This document shows positions 12,201 through 29,609 of a stretch of DNA of 64,000 nt, in pieces. Source of the DNA: Escherichia phage BF15. Where the stretch lies: sequence record MW822007.1. One strand, 5' to 3'. The notes under the pieces are model-generated. The model was not told the DNA's origin and made no database searches. It saw only the letters and a program-made list of their open reading frames with translations. How positions within the stretch are numbered: the stretch's first letter is position 1; every line of letters starts with the position of its first letter. Position numbers and translations under genes: made by a program.

Positions 12201-12341
12201 CGTAAATTAATGAGTCCTTTATTTGATGCATCTGGAACAACATTTGCGCAATTTAGAGATTTAGTTAATAAACGTCTAAAAGATAATATAGGAAATCCAA
12301 GAGACCCTGAAAATCCAACACAGGTTAAAATAGATGAATGA
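9243..12341 (+). CDS. 7: gp7 baseplate wedge initiator
   Basis: 1032 aa, length and synteny identical to T4 gp7; start overlaps gene 6 stop (ATGA). Confidence 0.9.
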   Translation: MTVKAPSVTSLRISKLSANQVQVRWDDVGANFYYFVEIAETKTNSGENLPSNQYKWINLGYTANNSFFFDNANPLTSYIIRVATAAQDFEQSDWIYTEEFETFATNAYTFQNMIEMQLANKFIQEKFTLNNSDYVNFNNDTIMAALMNESFQFSPSYVDVSSISNFIIGENEYHEIQGSIQQVCKDINRVYLMESEGILYLFERYQPVVKVSNDKGQTWKAVKLFNDRVGYPLSKTVYYQSANTTYVLGYDKIFYGRKSTDVRWSADDVRFSSQDITFAKLGDQLHLGFDVEIFATYATLPANVYRIAEAITCTDDYIYVVARDKVRYIKTSNAPIDSDPLSPTYSERLFEPDTMTITGNPKAVCYKMDSIGDKVFALIIGEVETLNANPRTSKIIDSADKGIYVLNHGTKTWKRVFGNTEEERRRIQPGYANMSTDGKLVSLSSSNFKFLSDNIVNDPETAAKYQLIGAVKYEFPREWLADKHYHMMAFIADEKSDWETFTPQPMKYYAEPFFNWSKKSNTRCWINNSDRAVVVYADLKYTKVIENIPETSPDRLVHEYWDDGDCTIVMPNVKFTGFKKYASGMLFYKSSGEIISYYDFNYRVRDTVEIIWKPTGIFLKAFLQNQERETPWSPEEEHGLADPDLRPLIGTMMPDSYLLQDSNFEAFCEAYIQYLSDGYGTQYNNLRNLIRNQYPREEHAWEYLWSEIYKRNIYLNADKRDAVARFFESRSYDFYSTKGIEASYKFLFKVLYNEEVEIEIESGAGTEYDIIVQSDSLTEDLVGQTIYTATGRCNVTYIERSYSNGKLQWTVTIHNLLGRLIAGQEVKAERLPSFEGEIIRGVKGKDLLQNNIDYINRSRSYYVMKIKSNLPSSRWKSDVIRFVHPVGFGFIAITLLTMFINVGLTLKHTETIINKYKNYKWDSGLPTEYADRVAKLTPTGEIEHDSVTGEAIYEPGPMAGVEYPLPDDYNAENNNSIFQGQLPSERRKLMSPLFDASGTTFAQFRDLVNKRLKDNIGNPRDPENPTQVKIDE

Positions 12342-13338
12342 TTCAAGTGTTATCTATCGTGCGATAGTTACTTCAAAATTTAGAACAGAAAAAATGTTGA
12401 ATTTTTATAATTCAATTGGAAGTGGTCCGGATAAAAACACTATCTTTATTACATTTGGAAGATCAGAACCGTGGTCATCAAACGAAAATGAGGTGGGATT
12501 TGCCCCACCTTATCCCACCGATTCTGTGTTAGGTGTAACTGACATGTGGACTCATATGATGGGAACCGTGAAGGTTCTTCCATCTATGCTTGATGCAGTT
12601 ATTCCTCGTCGAGATTGGGGAGATACTAGATATCCGGATCCATACACATTTAGAATTAACGATATTGTAGTGTGTAACTCAGCTCCTTACAACGCTACCG
12701 AATCAGGCGCAGGCTGGTTAGTATATCGTTGTTTAGATGTTCCTGATACTGGAATGTGCTCAATTGAGTCTTTAACTAATAAGGATGAATGCCTTAAGCT
12801 AGGTGGAAAATGGACTCCTTCTGTTAGGTCAATGACTCCTCCTGAAGGTCGAGGAGACGCGGAAGGAACAATCGAACCTGGAGACGGGTATGTATGGGAA
12901 TATCTTTTTGAGATTCCGCCTGATGTATCTATAAACAGATGCACGAATGAATATATCGTGGTTCCTTGGCCCGAGGAATTAAAAGAAGACCCGACTAGAT
13001 GGGGGTATGAAGATAACCTCACTTGGCAGCAAGATGATTTTGGATTAATTTACCGGGTTAAGGCAAATACTATTCGTTTTAAAGCATACTTAGATTCAGT
13101 TTATTTTCCTGAAGCTGCATTGCCAGGAAATAAAGGATTTAGACAAATATCGATAATCACGAATCCTCTTGAAGCTAAAGTTCATCCAAATGACCCAAAC
13201 GTTAAAGCTGAAAAGGATTACTATGATCCGGAAGATTTAATGAGGCATTCGGGCGAAATGATTTATATGGAAAATAGGCCACCTATTATTATGGCAATGG
13301 ATCAAACAGAAGAAATCAATATTCTGTTTACATTTTAA
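12334..13338 (+). CDS. 8: gp8 baseplate wedge protein
   Basis: 334 aa, length and synteny as T4 gp8; followed by hairpin terminator. Confidence 0.9.
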   Translation: MNDSSVIYRAIVTSKFRTEKMLNFYNSIGSGPDKNTIFITFGRSEPWSSNENEVGFAPPYPTDSVLGVTDMWTHMMGTVKVLPSMLDAVIPRRDWGDTRYPDPYTFRINDIVVCNSAPYNATESGAGWLVYRCLDVPDTGMCSIESLTNKDECLKLGGKWTPSVRSMTPPEGRGDAEGTIEPGDGYVWEYLFEIPPDVSINRCTNEYIVVPWPEELKEDPTRWGYEDNLTWQQDDFGLIYRVKANTIRFKAYLDSVYFPEAALPGNKGFRQISIITNPLEAKVHPNDPNVKAEKDYYDPEDLMRHSGEMIYMENRPPIIMAMDQTEEINILFTF

Positions 13339-13343
13339 ATTAA

Positions 13344-13368
13344 GGGAGCCCATGGGCTCCCTTTTTCT
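13344..13368 (+). terminator. rho-independent terminator after gene 8
   Basis: GGGAGCC-CATG-GGCTCCC hairpin followed by TTTTT. Confidence 0.8.
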
Positions 13369-13369
13369 T

Positions 13370-13377
13370 TATAAATA
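13370..13377 (+). promoter_or_regulatory. late promoter for gene 9
   Basis: Exact TATAAATA 24 nt upstream of ATG 13402, immediately after terminator hairpin. Confidence 0.7.
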
Positions 13378-13401
13378 CTATAAACTCATAAGGAAACCGC
13401 T

Positions 13402-14268
13402 ATGTTCATTCAAGAACCAAAGAAATTGATTGATACCGGCGAAATTGGTAACGCTTCTACTGGTGATATCTTATTCGACGGTGGTAATAAAATTAATAGT
13501 GATTTTAATGCAATTTATAACGCGTTTGGCGATCAGCGTAAAATGGCAGTAGCAAATGGTACTGGTGCTGACGGCCAAATTATCCATGCTACTGGATATT
13601 ATCAAAAGCATTCTATCACAGAGTACGCAACTCCGGTGAAAGTTGGTACTAGGCATGATATTGATACCTCTACTGTTGGTGTTAAAGTTATCATTGAAAG
13701 AGGAGAACTCGGTGACTGTGTTGAATTCATTAATTCTAACGGATCGATATCAGTTACTAATCCTTTAACAATTCAAGCCATTGATTCAATTAAAGGTGTT
13801 TCAGGTAATTTGGTAGTAACTAGCCCATATAGTAAAGTTACTTTACGTTGTATTTCATCTGATAATTCTACGTCAGTTTGGAATTATTCTATTGAAAGTA
13901 TGTTTGGCCAAAAGGAATCACCGGTCGAAGGTACATGGAATATTTCTACATCTGGGTCAGTTGACATTCCATTATTTCATCGTACTGAATATAACATGGC
14001 TAAATTGCTAGTTACTTGTCAATCGGTAGATGGAAGAAAAATTAAAACGGCAGAAATAAATATTCTTGTAGATACTGTTAATTCAACGGTCATTTCTTCT
14101 GAATATGCTGTCATGCGGGTTGGGAATGAAACCGAAGAAGACGAAATCGCTAATATTGCATTTAGTATTAAAGAAAATTATGTAACGGCGACTATAAGTT
14201 CTTCAACTGTCGGTATGAGAGCAGCAGTTAAAGTTATCGCTACGCAGAAAATCGGGGTGGCTCAATAA
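13402..14268 (+). CDS. 9: gp9 baseplate wedge / long tail fibre socket
   Basis: 288 aa, length and synteny as T4 gp9; TATAAATA 24 nt upstream. Confidence 0.9.
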   Translation: MFIQEPKKLIDTGEIGNASTGDILFDGGNKINSDFNAIYNAFGDQRKMAVANGTGADGQIIHATGYYQKHSITEYATPVKVGTRHDIDTSTVGVKVIIERGELGDCVEFINSNGSISVTNPLTIQAIDSIKGVSGNLVVTSPYSKVTLRCISSDNSTSVWNYSIESMFGQKESPVEGTWNISTSGSVDIPLFHRTEYNMAKLLVTCQSVDGRKIKTAEINILVDTVNSTVISSEYAVMRVGNETEEDEIANIAFSIKENYVTATISSSTVGMRAAVKVIATQKIGVAQ

Positions 14269-16073
14269 TGAAACAAAATATTAATATCGGTAATGTTGTT
14301 GATGATGGTACCGGTGACTACCTGCGTAAAGGTGGTATAAAAATAAATGAAAACTTTGATGAGCTTTATTATGAACTTGGTGATGGAGATGTTCCATATT
14401 CAGCCGGTGCCTGGAAAACTTATGATGCTTCATCTGGTCAAACACTAACGGCAGAATGGGGAAAATCATACGCTATTAATACCTCTTCTGGAAGAGTAAC
14501 TCTACAACTTCCTAAAGGAACTGTCAATGATTACAACAAGGTAATTAGAGCCAGGGATGTATTTGCAACGTGGAACATCAATCCAGTTACACTAGTAGCT
14601 GCTTCCGGAGATACAATTAAAGGGTCGTCATCATCAGTTGAAATTAATATTCAATTTAGTGATTTAGAGCTCGTTTATTGCGCTCCAGGACGCTGGGAGT
14701 ATGTCAAAAATAAGCAAATTGATAAAATTATTAGTTCAGACATTAGTAATGTAGCTCGCAAAGAATTTTTAGTTGAAGTTCAAGGACAAACAGACTTTTT
14801 AGATGTTTTCAATGGAACTAGTTATAATGTCAATAACATCAGAGTAAAACATCGTGGTAACGAATTGTATTACGGTGATGTATTTAGCGAAAACAGTGAC
14901 TTTGGCTCTCCGGGCGAAAATGAAGGCGAATTAGTTCCTCTTGATGGATTTAATATTCGATTAAGACAGCCTTGTAATATTGGTGACACCGTTCAAATTG
15001 AAACATTTATGGATGGTGTATCACAATGGAGAAGTTCATATACTAGACGCCAAATAAAAGTACTAGATTCAAAACTAACATCAAAGACTTCATTAGAAGG
15101 AAGTATTTACGTTACTGATTTATCGGCGATGAAATCAATTCCATTTTCTGCATTTGGATTAATTCCTGGTGAACCCATTAATCCTAACTCTCTTGAGGTT
15201 CGTTTTAATGGAATTTTACAGCAGCAGGCTGGAACAGCTGGATATCCTCTGTTTTTGTGTGAAGGCGCTAATTCAGACACGCAAGAAGGATGTATATCTC
15301 TTGGTGGCGAATGGAAAGAATCAAACACCGATTATTCTATAGAATATGAAGACGGAAAACCTATCAGTCTTTTATTTGATAGAAAATTTGAATCCGGTGA
15401 CATTATCGTTATAACATGGTTCAATAATGATTTAGGAACTCTTTTAGAAAAAGATGACATCATTGAATTGACTGATGACCGTTATGTTAGTAAAGGATCA
15501 TCTACCGAAGTTACTGGTGATGTAGCCTTAACAGATTTTGATAAAATCGGTTGGCCAAATGTTGAAAAAGTTGATTCTTATACTAGAACGTATAATTCAA
15601 TATCATCTATTTTCGATAGCATTTATCCTGTAGGTTCAATTTATGAAAATGCTATAAATCCAAATAATCCGGTGACTTATATGGGATTTGGTTCATGGAA
15701 ATTATTTGGTAAAGGACAAGTTTTAGTAGGATGGAATGATGATGTTACGGATCCAAACTTTGCTTTAAACAATAATGATTTAGATTCTAGCGGAAATCCT
15801 TCACATACTGCCGGTGGAACAGTTGGAACAACATCAGTAACGCTTGAAAACGCAAATCTTCCTGCAACTAAAACCGACGAAAGAGTTTTAATTGAAGACG
15901 AAAATGGATCGGTTATTATTGGAGGTTGCCAATATGACCCAGACGAAACTGGTCCTATATATACAAAATATCGTGAAGACTATGCAACAACAAACTCTTC
16001 ACATACTCCTCCTGCTAATATTAGTAATATTCAACCGTCTATTACTGTATACCGTTGGATAAGGATTGCATAA
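14268..16073 (+). CDS. 10: gp10 baseplate wedge / tail pin
   Basis: 601 aa (T4 602 from memory); synteny. Confidence 0.9.
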   Translation: MKQNINIGNVVDDGTGDYLRKGGIKINENFDELYYELGDGDVPYSAGAWKTYDASSGQTLTAEWGKSYAINTSSGRVTLQLPKGTVNDYNKVIRARDVFATWNINPVTLVAASGDTIKGSSSSVEINIQFSDLELVYCAPGRWEYVKNKQIDKIISSDISNVARKEFLVEVQGQTDFLDVFNGTSYNVNNIRVKHRGNELYYGDVFSENSDFGSPGENEGELVPLDGFNIRLRQPCNIGDTVQIETFMDGVSQWRSSYTRRQIKVLDSKLTSKTSLEGSIYVTDLSAMKSIPFSAFGLIPGEPINPNSLEVRFNGILQQQAGTAGYPLFLCEGANSDTQEGCISLGGEWKESNTDYSIEYEDGKPISLLFDRKFESGDIIVITWFNNDLGTLLEKDDIIELTDDRYVSKGSSTEVTGDVALTDFDKIGWPNVEKVDSYTRTYNSISSIFDSIYPVGSIYENAINPNNPVTYMGFGSWKLFGKGQVLVGWNDDVTDPNFALNNNDLDSSGNPSHTAGGTVGTTSVTLENANLPATKTDERVLIEDENGSVIIGGCQYDPDETGPIYTKYREDYATTNSSHTPPANISNIQPSITVYRWIRIA

Positions 16074-16732
16074 TGAGTTTACTTAATAATAAAGCGGGAG
16101 TTATTTCCCGCTTAGCAGATTTTCTTGGTTTTAGAACTAAGAAAAATGATATTTCGGTTATGAATAATCAGCCAGTAGGTGCTGTAACAATTTCACAAAT
16201 AGCAAAAGGGTTTTATGACCCAAATGTAGAATCTGCTATTAATGATGTTAGAAATATGGCAGAGCAACAGGTTGGAGCTGTATTAGTTAATATAAGTGGC
16301 GTATCTCCTACTGGCGTGCAGCAAACAGACTATTGGTCATTTGAAGGAACTGTCAATGATACTTCAGCCAAACCAGGTGACCCAGTTATTGTTAATATGT
16401 TTGGCATTCCTGTTAAAGCTACTAACGGAATGACTTCAATCGAATTTACCAGTGCCGTTAGAACAGCTCTGCAGGAAATGGTTGCAAAATTTATTGCAAT
16501 TGATTCATTTGAAGACCATCCTACCATAGGAAATAAAATACAAGTTAAGTATTTAGATAACCAAGAACATATCTTAGAACAATACTCTGATAAAGGAATT
16601 ACTTTCAAACAAGAAATAATTTCTCCTTCTAAACCTGGATACGGAACTTGGCAATTATTAGGTGCGCAAACTGTCACGCTAGATAGTCACACACAACCTA
16701 CGGTATTTTATTATTTTGAGAGAATAGCATGA
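16073..16732 (+). CDS. 11: gp11 baseplate wedge / short tail fibre attachment
   Basis: ATG at 16073 overlapping gene 10 stop (TAATG) gives 219 aa MSLLNNKAG...; ORF track entry starts at an upstream TTG. Confidence 0.85.
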   Translation: MSLLNNKAGVISRLADFLGFRTKKNDISVMNNQPVGAVTISQIAKGFYDPNVESAINDVRNMAEQQVGAVLVNISGVSPTGVQQTDYWSFEGTVNDTSAKPGDPVIVNMFGIPVKATNGMTSIEFTSAVRTALQEMVAKFIAIDSFEDHPTIGNKIQVKYLDNQEHILEQYSDKGITFKQEIISPSKPGYGTWQLLGAQTVTLDSHTQPTVFYYFERIA

Positions 16733-18279
16733 GTAACAATACATATCAGCACGTATCAAATGAATCAAAATATGTTAAATTCGATCCTACTGGATCGAAT
16801 TTTCCTGACACTGTCACGACAGTGCAGTCTGCATTATCAAAAATAAGTAATATCGGCGTAAATGGTATTCCTGATGCAACTATGGAAGTTAAAGGAATAG
16901 CAATGATTGCGTCAGAGCAAGAGGTTTTAGATGGAACTAATAATTCTAAAATCGTTACACCAGCTACATTAGCAACAAGATTATTGTATCCAAATGCTAC
17001 TGAAACTAAGTATGGTTTAACGCGCTATTCAACAAATGAAGAAACATTAGAAGGCTCAGATAATAATTCATCAATAACGCCGCAAAAACTGAAATACCAT
17101 ACTGACGATGTGTTCCAAAATAGATATTCGTCTGAGTCATCAAACGGGGTTATTAAAATATCATCTACACCTGCAGCTTTAGCTGGAGTTGATGATACTA
17201 CGGCAATGACTCCATTAAAAACACAAAAACTTGCAATAAAATTAATTTCACAAATAGCTCCTTCCGAAGATACTGCATCAGAATCTGTGAGAGGTGTAGT
17301 TCAATTATCTACTGTTGCGCAAACTCGTCAAGGAACTCTCCGCGAAGGATATGCAATTTCTCCGTATACCTTTATGAATTCTGTTGCAACACAAGAATAT
17401 AAGGGTGTTATACGTTTAGGAACACAATCGGAAATTAACAGTAATTTAGGAGATGTTGCAGTAACGGGTGAAACACTAAATGGTCGAGGAGCTACTGGTT
17501 CTATGCGTGGAGTAGTTAAATTAACGACGCAAGCCGGTATTGCCCCTGAAGGTGATAGCTCTGGTGCATTAGCATGGAACGCAGATGTAATTAATACTCG
17601 TGGTGGACAAACTATTAATGGTTCTTTAAATTTAGACCATCTTACAGCAAACGGAATTTGGTCGCGCGGCGGAATGTGGAAAAATGGCGATCAACCTGTT
17701 GCCACTGAAAGATATGCGTCCGAAAGAGTTCCAGTTGGAACTATTATGATGTTTGCAGGTGATTCAGCACCTCCGGGTTGGATTATGTGCCACGGCGGAA
17801 CCGTGTCAGGAGACCAATATCCTGATTATAGAAACACGGTTGGAGCAAGATTTGGTGGTGATTGGAATAATCCAGGGATTCCTGATATGAGAGGTCTTTT
17901 TGTTAGAGGAGCTGGCACGGGCGGTCATATTTTAAATCAACGTGGACAAGATGGTTATGGGAAGGATAGACTTGGCGTAGGATGTGACGGAATGCATGTT
18001 GGTGGTGTTCAGGCACAACAAATGTCATACCATAAACACGCTGGTGGTTGGGGAGAATACCAAAGACATGAAGCTCCATTTGGCGCGTCCGTTTATCAAG
18101 GATATCTTGGAACTAGAAAATATTCCGACTGGGATAATGCTTCATACTTCACTAATGATGGATTTGAATTGGGTGGACCGAGAGATGCCCTTGGTACACT
18201 TAATCGTGAAGGATTAATTGGTTATGAAACTAGACCATGGAATATATCATTAAACTATATTATTAAAATTCATTACTAA
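16729..18279 (+). CDS. 12: gp12 short tail fibre
   Basis: 516 aa; synteny between 11 and wac; Gly-rich C-terminal receptor-binding region. Confidence 0.85.
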   Translation: MSNNTYQHVSNESKYVKFDPTGSNFPDTVTTVQSALSKISNIGVNGIPDATMEVKGIAMIASEQEVLDGTNNSKIVTPATLATRLLYPNATETKYGLTRYSTNEETLEGSDNNSSITPQKLKYHTDDVFQNRYSSESSNGVIKISSTPAALAGVDDTTAMTPLKTQKLAIKLISQIAPSEDTASESVRGVVQLSTVAQTRQGTLREGYAISPYTFMNSVATQEYKGVIRLGTQSEINSNLGDVAVTGETLNGRGATGSMRGVVKLTTQAGIAPEGDSSGALAWNADVINTRGGQTINGSLNLDHLTANGIWSRGGMWKNGDQPVATERYASERVPVGTIMMFAGDSAPPGWIMCHGGTVSGDQYPDYRNTVGARFGGDWNNPGIPDMRGLFVRGAGTGGHILNQRGQDGYGKDRLGVGCDGMHVGGVQAQQMSYHKHAGGWGEYQRHEAPFGASVYQGYLGTRKYSDWDNASYFTNDGFELGGPRDALGTLNREGLIGYETRPWNISLNYIIKIHY

Positions 18280-18288
18280 GGATTACAA

Positions 18289-19746
18289 ATGATTGAATTA
18301 AAAGAGTTACCTTTTGTTGATAGCGTTCCTGGCGAAGGTCAGGAACGTATTTCATGGATTAAAAATGGTGAAGAAATATTAGGAGCTAGTACTAAGTATG
18401 GAAACGATGGGTCAATGAATAGACCAACTGTTTCTGTGTTTAAAAATGTCGAGGTTCTCGACGAAAATGTAGGAATTCTTAAAACTGCCATTGAAACATC
18501 TCAGGAAGATATTAAAACCATTCAAGGCATTTTAGATGTATCAGGAGATATAGAAGCGCTATCACAGATTAGTGTTAATAAAAATGATATATCAAATTTA
18601 AAGACACTCACGAATGAACATACTGATATATTAAATGGTACAAATACTACGGTTGATAATATTCTTTCTGACATTGGTCCATTTAATTCGCAAGCAAATT
18701 CAGTTTATAGAACGATTAGAAATGATTTGTTATGGATTAAAAGGGAATTAGGACAATATGCTGGACAAGACATTAATGGTCTTCCTGTTGTAGGAAATAG
18801 CAGCACGGGTATGAAGCACCGCATCATTAATAATACAGATGCTATAACTTCCCAAGGAATACGTCTAAGTGATTTGGAAGAAAAATTTATTGAATCTGAT
18901 GTAGGTTCACTGACAATTGAAGTCGGAAATCTTAGACAAGAACTTGGACAAAGACCATCTTCATTCAGTGAAAGCATATATTCACGTGTGCATAATTTAG
19001 ATCAATCTCAGATTAATCTTAGTTCCGAAATTAAATCTATCAAAACTTCTATTGGATATCCAGGAAATACTTCAATAATCACAGATGTTAACACTAATAC
19101 ACGAGAAGTTTCAGCTTTAAATGATGAACTAAATAAAAGCGGAGGTATTAAACAACGATTGACTGTCATTGAAACATCAATTGGCTCAGATGATATTCCT
19201 TCTAGTATTAAAGGTCAAATTAAAGATAATACCACATCAATTGAGTTTTTAAATGGAATTGTTGGTGAAAACACTTCATCTGGACTACGAGCAAACGTTT
19301 CATGGCTAAACCAAATCGTTGGAACTGATTCTAGTGGAGGTCAGCCTTCTCCTCCTGGGTCTCTTTTAAATAGAGTTTCAACAGTTGAAACTTCAGTTAA
19401 TAGACTGAACAATGATGTTCAAAACTTACAAGTTGAAATTGGTAATAACACTACTGGAATTAAAGGCCAAGTTGTTGCATTAAATAAACTAGTAAGCGGC
19501 ACAAATCCAAATGGTTCAACAGTAGAAGAGCGCGGATTAACTAATTCAATAAAAGCTAATGAAACTAACATTTCTTCTATTAATCAAGAAATGCGTAGTA
19601 TTAAAAGTAATGTATCTTCATTACAGGGGGATGTTCAGACTTTACAGGAAGCAGGTTATATTCCTGAAGCTCCAAAAGATGGCCAAGCTTACGTTCGTAA
19701 AGACGGCGAATGGGTACTACTTTCTACCTTTTTATCACCAGCATAA
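18289..19746 (+). CDS. wac: fibritin (neck whiskers)
   Basis: 485 aa, long heptad-repeat coiled coil; C-terminal foldon [27 protein letters not shown]. Confidence 0.95.
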   Translation: MIELKELPFVDSVPGEGQERISWIKNGEEILGASTKYGNDGSMNRPTVSVFKNVEVLDENVGILKTAIETSQEDIKTIQGILDVSGDIEALSQISVNKNDISNLKTLTNEHTDILNGTNTTVDNILSDIGPFNSQANSVYRTIRNDLLWIKRELGQYAGQDINGLPVVGNSSTGMKHRIINNTDAITSQGIRLSDLEEKFIESDVGSLTIEVGNLRQELGQRPSSFSESIYSRVHNLDQSQINLSSEIKSIKTSIGYPGNTSIITDVNTNTREVSALNDELNKSGGIKQRLTVIETSIGSDDIPSSIKGQIKDNTTSIEFLNGIVGENTSSGLRANVSWLNQIVGTDSSGGQPSPPGSLLNRVSTVETSVNRLNNDVQNLQVEIGNNTTGIKGQVVALNKLVSGTNPNGSTVEERGLTNSIKANETNISSINQEMRSIKSNVSSLQGDVQTLQEAGYIPEAPKDGQAYVRKDGEWVLLSTFLSPA

Positions 19747-19749
19747 CAT

Positions 19750-19776
19750 GGGGCCGCAAGGCCCCAAAGGATTTTT
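19750..19776 (+). terminator. rho-independent terminator after wac
   Basis: GGGGCC-GCAA-GGCCCC hairpin followed by A/T-rich tract with TTTTT. Confidence 0.7.
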
Positions 19777-19778
19777 AA

Positions 19779-21486
<1,708 letters not shown>

Positions 21487-21521
21487 TTATAAACTAATTA
21501 AAGCCCAGATTAGGAGAAATC

Positions 21522-24662
<3,141 letters not shown>

Positions 24663-24690
24663 TATTAAAGCATATTAAAGAGGATTAAAA

Positions 24691-26670
24691 ATGACTTTAT
24701 TATCTCCGGGCATTGAGCTCAAAGAAACTACGGTTCAAAGCACCGTGGTTAATAACTCTACTGGTACAGCAGCTTTGGCCGGTAAATTCCAGTGGGGTCC
24801 TGCTTTTCAGATCAAACAGGTTACAAATGAAGTAGATTTAGTTAATACTTTTGGTCAACCTACAGCTGAAACTGCTGATTATTTTATGTCTGCAATGAAT
24901 TTCTTACAATATGGAAATGATTTGCGAGTTGTGCGTGCTGTCGATAGAGATACCGCTAAAAACTCATCTCCGATTGCTGGTAATATTGAATACACTATTT
25001 CTACCCCAGGTAGTAACTACGCGGTTGGAGATAAAATCACAGTTAAGTATGTTTCAGAAGACATTGAAACGGAAGGTAAAATTACCGAAGTAGATGCTGA
25101 TGGAAAAATTAAGAAAATTAATATTCCTACCGCAAAAATTATCGCTAAAGCGAAAGAAGTAGGTGAATATCCAGCATTAGGTTCTAACTGGACCGCGGAA
25201 ATTTCTTCGTCTTCCTCTGGTTTAGCTGCAGTAATAACTCTTGGAAAAATTATTACTGATTCCGGTATTTTATTAGCTGAGATTGAAAATGCTGAAGCTG
25301 CTATGACAGCAGTTGAATTTCAAACAAATCTCGAAAAATATGGAATTCCAGGAGTAGTAGCTCTTTATCCAGGCGAGTTGGGCGATAAAATCGAAATTGA
25401 AATCGTATCTAAAGCTGACTATGCAAAAGGTGCTTCTGCATTACTACCAATTTATCCAGGTGGCGGAACACGCGCATCTACTGCCAAAGCAGTGTTTGGA
25501 TATGGACCACAAACTGATTCACAATACGCTATTATAGTTCGTCGTAATGATGCTATTGTTCAAAGCGTTGTTCTTTCAACAAAGCGTGGTGAAAAAGATA
25601 TTTACGATAGTAACATCTACATTGATGACTTTTTCGCAAAAGGCGGTTCAGAATATATTTTCGCAACTGCACAAAACTGGCCAGAAGGATTCTCTGGAAT
25701 TTTAACTCTGTCTGGTGGATTATCATCAAATGCTGAAGTAACAGCAGGAGATTTGATGGAAGCTTGGGACTTCTTTGCTGACCGTGAATCCGTTGATGTT
25801 CAGCTGTTTATTGCTGGTTCTTGTGCCGGTGAATCTTTAGAAACAGCATCTACTGTCCAAAAACACGTCGTTTCAATTGGGGATGCTCGCCAGGATTGCT
25901 TAGTATTGTGCTCACCACCGCGCGAAACTGTAGTTGGAATTCCTGTAACTCGCGCTGTTGACAACTTAGTCAATTGGAGAACCGCAACAGGTTCATACAC
26001 TGATAATAACTTTAATATCAGTTCAACCTACGCAGCAATTGATGGTAACTACAAATATCAATATGACAAATATAACGATGTCAATCGCTGGGTTCCATTA
26101 GCAGCTGATATTGCAGGTTTATGCGCAAGAACCGATAACGTTTCTCAGACTTGGATGTCTCCAGCTGGTTATAATCGCGGCCAGATTCTTAACGTTATTA
26201 AACTTGCTATTGAAACTCGCCAAGCTCAGCGCGACCGTTTATATCAAGAAGCTATCAACCCAGTAACTGGTACAGGTGGTGATGGTTACGTATTGTATGG
26301 TGATAAAACAGCTACTTCTGTTCCTTCTCCATTTGATCGTATTAACGTTCGTCGTCTGTTTAATATGTTGAAAACGAATATCGGACGTAGTTCAAAATAT
26401 CGTTTGTTCGAATTAAACAACGCGTTTACTCGTTCATCATTCCGCACAGAAACTGCCCAATACTTACAGGGAATTAAAGCTCTCGGTGGAATTTATGAAT
26501 ATCGTGTAGTTTGCGATACAACAAATAACACTCCGTCAGTAATTGATAGAAATGAGTTTGTTGCAACATTCTACATCCAACCGGCTAGAAGCATTAACTA
26601 CATTACCTTGAACTTCGTAGCAACTGCTACTGGTGCAGATTTCGATGAGTTAACTGGTCTTGCAGGTTAA
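24691..26670 (+). CDS. 18: tail sheath protein
   Basis: 659 aa, length and synteny as T4 gp18; TATAAATA upstream. Confidence 0.95.
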   Translation: MTLLSPGIELKETTVQSTVVNNSTGTAALAGKFQWGPAFQIKQVTNEVDLVNTFGQPTAETADYFMSAMNFLQYGNDLRVVRAVDRDTAKNSSPIAGNIEYTISTPGSNYAVGDKITVKYVSEDIETEGKITEVDADGKIKKINIPTAKIIAKAKEVGEYPALGSNWTAEISSSSSGLAAVITLGKIITDSGILLAEIENAEAAMTAVEFQTNLEKYGIPGVVALYPGELGDKIEIEIVSKADYAKGASALLPIYPGGGTRASTAKAVFGYGPQTDSQYAIIVRRNDAIVQSVVLSTKRGEKDIYDSNIYIDDFFAKGGSEYIFATAQNWPEGFSGILTLSGGLSSNAEVTAGDLMEAWDFFADRESVDVQLFIAGSCAGESLETASTVQKHVVSIGDARQDCLVLCSPPRETVVGIPVTRAVDNLVNWRTATGSYTDNNFNISSTYAAIDGNYKYQYDKYNDVNRWVPLAADIAGLCARTDNVSQTWMSPAGYNRGQILNVIKLAIETRQAQRDRLYQEAINPVTGTGGDGYVLYGDKTATSVPSPFDRINVRRLFNMLKTNIGRSSKYRLFELNNAFTRSSFRTETAQYLQGIKALGGIYEYRVVCDTTNNTPSVIDRNEFVATFYIQPARSINYITLNFVATATGADFDELTGLAG

Positions 26671-26686
26671 TACGGTGCATTCTAAA

Positions 26687-26704
26687 GGCCTGTTTCGGCA
26701 GGCC
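26687..26704 (+). terminator. hairpin after gene 18 (weak terminator or processing site)
   Basis: GGCCTG-TTTCGG-CAGGCC stem-loop, no strong T-run. Confidence 0.45.
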
Positions 26705-26705
26705 A

Positions 26706-26713
26706 TATAAATA
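26706..26713 (+). promoter_or_regulatory. late promoter (distal) for gene 19
   Basis: Exact TATAAATA right after hairpin 26687..26704. Confidence 0.55.
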
Positions 26714-26764
26714 CACTATATCCTTAATTCTTTAATTCTATATGCCCTAGGTTAAACATAGGGA

Positions 26765-26772
26765 TATAAATA
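26765..26772 (+). promoter_or_regulatory. late promoter (proximal) for gene 19
   Basis: Exact TATAAATA 14 nt upstream of ATG 26787. Confidence 0.6.
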
Positions 26773-26786
26773 CTACAGAGGCTAAT

Positions 26787-27278
26787 ATGTTTGTAGATGA
26801 TGTAACACGAGCGTTTGAATCTGGTGATTTTGCTCGACCTAACTTATTCCAAGTAGAAATTTCTTATCTTGGACAAAATTTTACGTTTCAATGTAAAGCC
26901 ACTGCTTTACCAGCTGGTATTGTAGAAAAAATTCCAGTCGGATTTATGAACCGTAAAATTAACGTAGCAGGCGATCGCACATTCGATGACTGGACTATTA
27001 CAGTAATGAATGATGAGGCGCATGATGCACGCCAGAAGTTTGTTGACTGGCAAAGCATTGCTGCTGGGCAAGGAAACGAAATTACTGGTGGAAAACCAGC
27101 AGAGTATAAAAAGAGTGCTATTGTACGCCAATATGCTCGTGACGCTAAAACTGTAACAAAAGAAGTCGAAATTAAAGGCCTGTGGCCTACTAACGTGGGT
27201 GAACTTCAGTTAGATTGGGATTCAAACAATGAAATCCAAACCTTTGAAGTAACTCTCGCTCTCGATTATTGGGAATAA
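26787..27278 (+). CDS. 19: tail tube protein
   Basis: 163 aa, length and synteny as T4 gp19; two TATAAATA motifs upstream. Confidence 0.95.
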   Translation: MFVDDVTRAFESGDFARPNLFQVEISYLGQNFTFQCKATALPAGIVEKIPVGFMNRKINVAGDRTFDDWTITVMNDEAHDARQKFVDWQSIAAGQGNEITGGKPAEYKKSAIVRQYARDAKTVTKEVEIKGLWPTNVGELQLDWDSNNEIQTFEVTLALDYWE

Positions 27279-27284
27279 AATGAA

Positions 27285-27300
27285 TGGGGAGAAATCCCCA
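27285..27300 (+). terminator. hairpin after gene 19 (weak terminator)
   Basis: TGGGGA-GAAA-TCCCCA stem-loop with GNRA-type loop. Confidence 0.45.
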
Positions 27301-27310
27301 TCCTGCTTAA

Positions 27311-28935
<1,625 letters not shown>

Positions 28936-28936
<1 letters not shown>

Positions 28937-29184
28937 TGGAAGGTTTAATTGAAGCTATTAAATCAAACGACCTCGTAGCCGCTCGTAAATTATTTGCTGA
29001 AGCCATGGCTGCAAGAACGATTGATTTAATTAAAGAAGAAAAAATCGCTATCGCTCGTAATTTCTTAATCGAAGGTGAAGAACCTGAAGACGAGGATGAT
29101 GACGAAGACGAAGATAGTGATGATAAAGACGACAAAAAAGACAAAGACTCTGACGAAGATGACGAAGACGAGGATGATGAATAA
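28936..29184 (+). CDS. 67: gp67 prohead core protein with acidic C-terminal tail
   Basis: 82 aa; synteny 20-67-68-21; poly-Asp/Glu C-terminus. Confidence 0.85.
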
Positions 29185-29609
29185 TGCTTCTGATCCCTGA
29201 AACTCATGAATTAGTTCTCGAGAATGTCGAAGCACTTATTCCTGAAGCACAGGGTCGCTTTGACGAATTGTCTTCTGCTTTAAATAAAGACGATATAAAT
29301 ACAATTGTCGAGAATATGCTTGATGATGAAACCGATTTAGCAGTTGCATTAGCTTCTATTAATGAAAATATGCCGTTAAATGAATTCATTGTTAAGCATG
29401 TTTCAGCTCGTGGTGAAATTACACGTACTAAAGACCGCAAAACACGCGAACGTAATGCATTTCAAACCACTGGGCTGTCTAAAGCAAAACGTAGACAAAT
29501 TGCTCGCAAAGCTACCAAAACGAAGATTGCCAATCCAGCAGGTCAATCTCGTGCTCAGCGTAAGCGTAAAAAAGCTCTTAAACGCCGTAAAGCATTAGGA
29601 TTAAGCTAA
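29184..29609 (+). CDS. 68: gp68 prohead core protein
   Basis: 141 aa, length and synteny as T4 gp68; basic C-terminus. Confidence 0.85.
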
